Shown one piece after another: positions 16,427 to 21,678 of a DNA stretch of 21,678 bases. Numbering within the stretch: position 1 is the first letter of the stretch; the number at the start of each line of letters is the position of its first letter. The DNA is from Calditrichia bacterium (GTDB lineage: Bacteria > Calditrichota > Calditrichia > RBG-13-44-9): contig JARRQT010000124.1 of the NCBI GenBank assembly GCA_037381445.1, forward strand, positions 10,493-32,170, read 5' to 3'. The translations under genes and the position numbers were made by a program. The notes beneath the pieces were generated by a model that did not search any database, was not told the origin of the DNA, and saw only the letters and a program-made list of their open reading frames with translations.

Positions 16427-17764
16427 TCAGGGGACCAGGGCGAGAATAATGTCCATCACATTGGTCCCGGTAGGCCCGGTCACGATAAGACCATTGCTTT
16501 TTTGCCAGAAATGGTAGGAGTCGTTATTGTCGAGATATTCCTGTGGATTTATGTCTCCGGATCTGCACTTATCCCAGATCCCGGGCCCTGCAATCGCCCC
16601 GGCTGCATCGGTGGGACCGTCCGTTCCGTCGGTTCCGCAGCTTGCGATCGCATATTCCTGTTTGACATTTTTCATTGCCAGCAGCGCCGCCAGTGCCAGT
16701 TCCTGATTTCGTCCTCCTTTTCCATCCCCCTTTAAAGTGACGGTTGTTTCGCCACCCAGGAGGATGCCGGCAGGCCGGGGAACCGGCAGGTTCGAGGCCA
16801 GCAGTTCCTGAACCACTGCCGCTACCACTTTTCCCGCCTCCCGTGCCTCTCCCTGCAGCCGTGAAGAAAGAATCAGTGTGTGAAAGCCAAGCCCCTTCGC
16901 AGTTTTCATTGCGGCATGCAGCGCTTCCAGATTATTCCCGAGAATAATATTATGCACTTTCGAAAAGAGCGGATCGCCGGGCTTCAGGGTTTCCGATGCC
17001 TCTCCATCTGCACCTTTTTGAATGTAGGCTATAATGGATTTGGGAATTTCGTTTTCCGCGTCGTATTTTCGAAGGACCGCCAGGGCATCCTGGAATGTGG
17101 TTGAATCCGGCGCGGTGGGGCCGGACGCAATGGCTTCCAGGGGATCTCCAACAATATCCGAAAGAATGATGCTGATGCAGGTGGCAGGAGCAATTCGGGC
17201 AGCCAGTTGTCCGCCCTTCACCAGCGACAGGTGTTTGCGGACCGTGTTGATCTCTTCAATATTAGCCCCCGACGCCAGCAGAAATCCGGAAACTTTCCGG
17301 AGATCTTCCAATGAAATGCCTGCGGGAAGTGCTTCCAGAACCGCAGAGCCGCCCCCGGAAATCAGGCAAAGGACCAGATCATCGTCCCCTGCGAGTAAAG
17401 CTATTTGAAGGATTTCCTCAGTTGCGGACAAGCTGTTTTGATCGACTATCGGGTGACCAGCCTCCAGTATTTTTACCCGCTTGCACGGCGCGCCATGTCC
17501 GTATTTGACAACCACCATTCCCCCTTGAATGTGATTCCCTAGAATGTTTTCCAATTCCCTGGCCATGAATGCGGAGGCCTTGCCCGCCCCGACAATATAG
17601 ATTTTTCGGAAGTTGGATAGGTCAAATTGCCGGCTGCCGATCTTCAAAAAATTATTATGCAATGCGATCTGACGGCGAACCAGTTTTTCCGGCTTTACGG
17701 CATCGATGGCAGAAAAGATGATTTGCTTTGCGGCCGATTTCAGATCTGTCATTCGTTCGCTCAA
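16427..17764 (-). CDS. Glycerate 2-kinase, class II (MOFRL/TtuD family)
   Basis: GAGKAS, HPI, SGGGSA, KGGQLA, SDIVGD, IASGPT, GGETTV, GGRNQE, GTDGTDGPT and TGPTGTNVMD. Alternative start ATG at 17752. Confidence 0.93.
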   Translation of the reverse strand: MSERMTDLKSAAKQIIFSAIDAVKPEKLVRRQIALHNNFLKIGSRQFDLSNFRKIYIVGAGKASAFMARELENILGNHIQGGMVVVKYGHGAPCKRVKILEAGHPIVDQNSLSATEEILQIALLAGDDDLVLCLISGGGSAVLEALPAGISLEDLRKVSGFLLASGANIEEINTVRKHLSLVKGGQLAARIAPATCISIILSDIVGDPLEAIASGPTAPDSTTFQDALAVLRKYDAENEIPKSIIAYIQKGADGEASETLKPGDPLFSKVHNIILGNNLEALHAAMKTAKGLGFHTLILSSRLQGEAREAGKVVAAVVQELLASNLPVPRPAGILLGGETTVTLKGDGKGGRNQELALAALLAMKNVKQEYAIASCGTDGTDGPTDAAGAIAGPGIWDKCRSGDINPQEYLDNNDSYHFWQKSNGLIVTGPTGTNVMDIILALVP

Positions 17765-18011
17765 TCAAACTTTTTGTGGTCAAAATCAGTTATTAAGTTT
17801 TTTTAATCGAACTACATGATGAGAGAAAAGTATTATTTTCATCTGTAACTATCATTGTCGGGCTGAAAAATGAAAAGCCGGATCTTCATTTACTGCAGAA
17901 TGGTTCTAAATGAAAATCGAATATCCGGTAAATGGAATGAAATTGGTTTTATCGGCTGATGAATTGAATTAAATTTGTGCCTGTTTGTTTATAAAATAAT
18001 GGGAGTTCAAC

Positions 18012-19754
18012 ATTCAGATACTTCTCTATTTAAAAGAATATATTCTCCGTTATCGCTGGAAATTTGTTCTAGGGACTGTCTTTGTTATTTTGACGAATGT
18101 ATTCAAAGTGATCAATCCCAGGATTGTGGAAAGCGCCATAAATGCGCTGGGAAAATCATTTGAAATGGTTCATATCGGAAAATACGCGCTGCTAATCGTT
18201 GCGGTTTCCATCGCCCAGGGGATTTTCCTGTTCCTGATGCGGCGCACCATTATCGTTGCTTCCCGGGAAATTGAATACGATTTACGGAATGACCTGTTCT
18301 GGAAACTGGAGCAGCTGTCCCCTCCATTCTATAACCATTTTCCCACCGGCGATATCATGAGCCGGGCAACCAATGACATGAACGCCGTGCGCTCGGTGCT
18401 GGGCCCCGGTATTGCCTATTCCATCAATACCGTCACCGCTTTTCTTTTTGTGATTCCAATGATGCTGACAATCAGTCCCCTACTCACCGGATTGGCGCTG
18501 ATTCCTTTTCCGATCATGGCGGTGCTGGTGAACCGGTTCGGGAGGGCTATCAACCGGCGGTATGAAAAGATACAGGCGCAGTTGGCCGCTCTCAGCACCT
18601 TTGTGCAGGAAAATGTTTCCGGCATTTCCATTGTCAAAGCATTCGTTCGGGAGAAGCATCAGGTTGACCGTTTTCTGGATCTGAACGAAGATTATATGAG
18701 AAAGAACCTGAGTTTTGCCCGCATATACGCGGCTTTTCATCCCAGCCTGATGCTCATTGTGGGATTTGCTACGGTGCTGGTGCTGCTGGGCGGCGGAAAA
18801 CTGGTAATAAGCGGCAGCATCTCCATTGGTCAATTTACTGCGTTTATGCTGTACCTGGGAATGCTGGTGTGGCCTTCCATTGCATTGGGCTGGGTCATCG
18901 GGCTGTATCAACAGGGTGCCGCCTCCATGAAACGCATCCGGCTCATTCTGGATGCCGAACCCGAAATACAGGACGGTCCTTATCTGCTGCTTCCCGGCCA
19001 GGCCAGGGGAAACATAGAATTCCGGGACCTGACTTTCGGATATTATCCCGATCTGCCGGTTTTGAACCATATTGATCTGAAAATGGAGGCGCCTCAAACT
19101 GTGGGGATTTTGGGACACACCGGGAGCGGCAAAACCACCCTGATGCGGATGATCCCCCATTTGTATCCGGTGGACAGTGGCCAATTATTAATTGACGGAC
19201 GCGACATAAACGAATACAATCTGGAGTCTCTGCGCCGGATCATCGGATACGTCACGCAGGACACCTTTTTGTTTTCCGATTCCATCCACCACAATATCGC
19301 ATTCGCCCGTCCGGATGCTACCTGCGAAGAGGTGGTCCGAGCCGCAAAAATCGCCGATATTCACGATGAAATTCTGGAATTCCCGGAAGGTTATGATTCG
19401 CTGCTCGGAGAACGCGGCCTCAATCTTTCCGGAGGTCAGAAGCAGCGCGTTTCCATCGCCCGCTCGATTGTCGCGAATCCGAAAATCCTCATTCTGGATG
19501 ATGCGTTCTCGGCACTGGACACCTACACCGAAGAAACCATTTTGAACAATTTGAAAACGATTTTCCCCGACAAACTTGTCATTTTGATTTCCCACCGAAT
19601 CAGCACCTTGCAGAACGCAGACCAGATTATTGTACTGGATGAAGGACGCATCGTCGAGGAAGGCACCCACGCCCGACTGGTCCAACTGGGCGGCATGTAC
19701 TACCAGATCCACCAAAAGCAATTGCTGGAAAAGGAAATCGAGAGTGTTCAATAG
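18012..19754 (+). CDS. ABC-B half exporter (TMD+NBD), MdlA/BmrC-like degenerate subunit; probable ATT start
   Basis: Walker A GHTGSGKT, LSGGQKQR, Walker B ILILDD and H-loop SHR. The frame is open from 18000 (after TAA at 17997) and encodes IQILLYLKEYILRYRWKFVLG before the TTG at 18090. GGGAG lies 6 nt before ATT 18012. Confidence 0.9.
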   Translation: MQILLYLKEYILRYRWKFVLGTVFVILTNVFKVINPRIVESAINALGKSFEMVHIGKYALLIVAVSIAQGIFLFLMRRTIIVASREIEYDLRNDLFWKLEQLSPPFYNHFPTGDIMSRATNDMNAVRSVLGPGIAYSINTVTAFLFVIPMMLTISPLLTGLALIPFPIMAVLVNRFGRAINRRYEKIQAQLAALSTFVQENVSGISIVKAFVREKHQVDRFLDLNEDYMRKNLSFARIYAAFHPSLMLIVGFATVLVLLGGGKLVISGSISIGQFTAFMLYLGMLVWPSIALGWVIGLYQQGAASMKRIRLILDAEPEIQDGPYLLLPGQARGNIEFRDLTFGYYPDLPVLNHIDLKMEAPQTVGILGHTGSGKTTLMRMIPHLYPVDSGQLLIDGRDINEYNLESLRRIIGYVTQDTFLFSDSIHHNIAFARPDATCEEVVRAAKIADIHDEILEFPEGYDSLLGERGLNLSGGQKQRVSIARSIVANPKILILDDAFSALDTYTEETILNNLKTIFPDKLVILISHRISTLQNADQIIVLDEGRIVEEGTHARLVQLGGMYYQIHQKQLLEKEIESVQ

Positions 19755-20988
19755 GATAAACCGCTGGTTCACCGGTTTATTTCTTAACAAAAACATTTTC
19801 TATTTGTGGCTGGGCCAGGTCATCTCCCAGGCCGGGGACTCCGTTTATGAAATCGGTTTGTTGTGGCTGATGCTGGAATTGACTGGCTCCAAATCCGCCA
19901 CCGGTTTAGTGGCCATGAGCGGCTACCTTCCCACCCTGCTTTTCGGGATGTTCAGCGGAGCGCTGGCGGACCGTTTTGACCGCCGCCGCATCATGCTGCT
20001 GGCCGATGCCGCCCGCGGAATCCTGGTACTGATAATTCCCCTGCTCTATTTTCTGAATGGCCTTTCGGGCCTTTTGCTGGGGATATTCACTTTTATTTTG
20101 GCCATGTTCAATGCGGTGTTTAATCCGGCCCGCGATGCCATTGTAGTCAATCTGGTAGAAAATGACAAACTCCTGCAGGCCAACTCCCTCATACAAACCT
20201 CGTGGCAGTTCTCTCTGCTGCTGGGTCCGGCCCTGGCCGGCCTTATCATTCCACTGGTCGGGATTGTCCATTTGTTCAATGTGGATGCCCTTACTTTTTT
20301 CCTCTCCTTCTGGCTCATTTCCAAAATTGCGTATGCAAAGTTATCCCAGCAGAAAACCAAAACAAAACTTTACGGGCATGTACAGCAGTCCTTTTCGGAT
20401 GTGCTGGAAGGTCTGAATTACGCCCGGCGCGATAAGCGCATCTGGGGACTTCTGATGATCACCGCGGTCGACAACCTTTTTATCATGGGACCCGCCATTG
20501 TCGGGGCCCCGATTTTTGTGAAGGACGTCTTGCACGAAAGTGCGGATAAATATGCGCTCACTCAGGTTGCCTATGCCTTTGGAATGATCCTGGGGACGAT
20601 TGCCATCAATTTTGTGGGGAAGCGATTCCGCAACAGCCATCTGCTGCTGTGGGGAATTATTTTTGACGGCCTTACTTTCTTTCCGCTTTTATGGGTACAA
20701 ACGTTCTGGGGAATGTTTTTTACCCTGCTGATACATTCTCTGGTTATTCCCATGATCATTATCCCGCGACCCACGCTGGTTCAAAAAATTGTACCTGTTG
20801 AAATGCAGGGCAGGGTTTTCAGTATGATTTCGGTGGGTGTGTTTGGGTTTACGGCCATTTCCATGGCATTGACCGGTGTTGCATCCGATATTATTCCCAT
20901 AAACCTTGTTTATGCCATCATTGCGGTCCTGGCGGCGGCCAGCGGTGCGGCCGGATGGGCGATTAAAGATTTTCGGAATGCACCCTGA
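19744..20988 (+). CDS. MFS exporter (DHA3/MefA-like)
   Basis: LWLGQVISQAGD, motif A GALADRFDRRR and MQGRVFS, with about 12 TMs. The GTG at 19744 has an AAGGA RBS and overlaps the ABC gene end by 11 nt. Confidence 0.88.
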   Translation: MFNRINRWFTGLFLNKNIFYLWLGQVISQAGDSVYEIGLLWLMLELTGSKSATGLVAMSGYLPTLLFGMFSGALADRFDRRRIMLLADAARGILVLIIPLLYFLNGLSGLLLGIFTFILAMFNAVFNPARDAIVVNLVENDKLLQANSLIQTSWQFSLLLGPALAGLIIPLVGIVHLFNVDALTFFLSFWLISKIAYAKLSQQKTKTKLYGHVQQSFSDVLEGLNYARRDKRIWGLLMITAVDNLFIMGPAIVGAPIFVKDVLHESADKYALTQVAYAFGMILGTIAINFVGKRFRNSHLLLWGIIFDGLTFFPLLWVQTFWGMFFTLLIHSLVIPMIIIPRPTLVQKIVPVEMQGRVFSMISVGVFGFTAISMALTGVASDIIPINLVYAIIAVLAAASGAAGWAIKDFRNAP

Positions 20989-21059
20989 AATGATTCATAT
21001 TTGAATCGACAGCAATACGAAAACCTGGCCCTTCTCCATCCGTGGAATTGGTATAAAAC

Positions 21060-21242
21060 CTATATATAAACGTCAATCAGATTGTCCACCAACTGGTCTT
21101 TCTGCCGGGACAGCTTTTGTTCAAGGGACAAACGAATCATTTTGTCAGCCATTTCCTGGCTGGTCTGCTGGCTTTGCTGAATGACCCGGGACATGTCCTG
21201 GCTGGCTTTTTGAATCTGCGACTGGCTGATATCCACCTTCAT
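21060..21242 (-). CDS. Small Gln/Ser-rich protein resembling YjfB-type putative motility proteins
   Basis: 60 aa with a strong AAGGAG RBS, a helical Q-rich body and a C-terminal NLIDVYI. The family assignment is by resemblance only. Confidence 0.6.
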   Translation of the reverse strand: MKVDISQSQIQKASQDMSRVIQQSQQTSQEMADKMIRLSLEQKLSRQKDQLVDNLIDVYI

Positions 21243-21272
21243 GGTTCTTTTTCTCCTTCCTTGGTTCCTACA

Positions 21273-21299
21273 TCTTCGTCAGCGCAAATATTATCTTTA
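21273..21299 (-). promoter_or_regulatory. Candidate sigma28 (FliA) promoter
   Basis: Minus strand TAAA-N15-GACGAAGA versus consensus TAAA-N15-GCCGATAA. Confidence 0.35.
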
Positions 21300-21339
21300 G
21301 AGGTAAATTGAAGTACTGCCAGCGGCAGGAGTCATTTTG

Positions 21340-21364
21340 AAAAGAAAAAGGGCCTGCTGGCCCT
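21340..21364 (-). terminator. Intrinsic terminator
   Basis: Minus strand AGGGCC-AGCA-GGCCCT followed by TTTTCTTTT. Confidence 0.75.
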
Positions 21365-21463
21365 GTATTTAAATCGGCGAGGATACTCCCCGACCATTCT
21401 TTAAAGTTTAACCAAATTTCTGAGAGCGACCGGGGAATTATCCTCTAAAATTTTTCTATCATC
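21340..21463 (-). ncRNA. Candidate structured small RNA (~120 nt)
   Basis: 67-nt hairpin at 21379-21445 with 21 outer pairs including 4 G-U, followed by a terminator. A -10 box and a CRP/FNR-like palindrome lie upstream. Confidence 0.45.
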
Positions 21464-21496
21464 GGGCGTTAAAGTAACCACGAAAATGCAATTCAA

Positions 21497-21512
21497 AGTG
21501 ATCAAAATCACT
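21497..21512. promoter_or_regulatory. CRP/FNR-family-like palindrome
   Basis: AGTGAT-CAAA-ATCACT, a perfect 6-bp inverted repeat with a GTGA-N6-TCAC core. Confidence 0.5.
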
Positions 21513-21609
21513 CGCGGGACGTTCTGCTCATTATTTTTCAAATGGGTGGATTTTTCGTCCGGTTTTGTCTTAATTTTTTCAGGTCAGCGGAGAATAACCA
21601 TTTACTCGC

Positions 21610-21678
21610 TCAAACAATTCCAGGAGTTATCATCCATGATACAGTCCATTTCTTTTCTTCATTTCGGGTAAGGCATGC
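21610..21678 (-). CDS. Possible 3' end of a gene entering from the right edge
   Basis: The minus frame open from the edge reads ACLTRNEEKKWTVSWMITPGIV*. It is too short to identify. Confidence 0.3.
   Translation of the reverse strand, partial: ACLTRNEEKKWTVSWMITPGIV

Noticed and set aside
19630..19743. Upstream ATG start for the MFS gene
   Set aside because: It gives a 125-nt overlap with the ABC gene and a non-MFS-like extension. GTG 19744 has an RBS.
18480..19796. Long antisense ORFs (234 and 202 aa) opposite the ABC transporter
   Set aside because: Codon-aligned antisense shadows, common opposite ABC genes, with no independent domain signal.
1..21678. CRISPR arrays, IS elements, prophage, retron or other defence systems
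   Set aside because: No regularly spaced repeats, transposase, integrase, reverse transcriptase or nuclease motifs were recognised.

Overview
Bacterial chromosomal window of mostly core and housekeeping genes. It has no integrase, transposase, prophage or CRISPR array. Left to right: a 5'-truncated PIII-A (H+-ATPase-like) P-type ATPase homolog with almost all catalytic motifs degenerate, a HEAT-repeat protein, an ApcT-like APC permease, a DUF3098-like membrane protein, tRNA-Val(TAC) and dapD. After an AT-rich gap comes a minus-strand run (HEAT/cyclophilin lipoprotein split into two ORFs, tandem-domain ThyX, FmdB zinc ribbon), then a divergent parvulin lipoprotein, a cupin and a DEAD-box helicase. 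The rest holds an HExxH membrane protein, a HOGA-type DapA-family aldolase, a DUF6600-like lipoprotein, a MOFRL glycerate kinase, an ABC-B half exporter that appears to start at AUU, a coupled MFS exporter and a YjfB-like small protein. Most notable: (1) the intact but apparently catalytically dead P-type ATPase; (2) a candidate ~120-nt CRP/FNR-activated structured sRNA at ~21340-21512 (minus); (3) the AUU-start ABC gene; (4) the doubly disrupted HEAT-cyclophilin gene; (5) a parS-like site. All family assignments come from motif recognition by eye. No database searches or folding computations were run.
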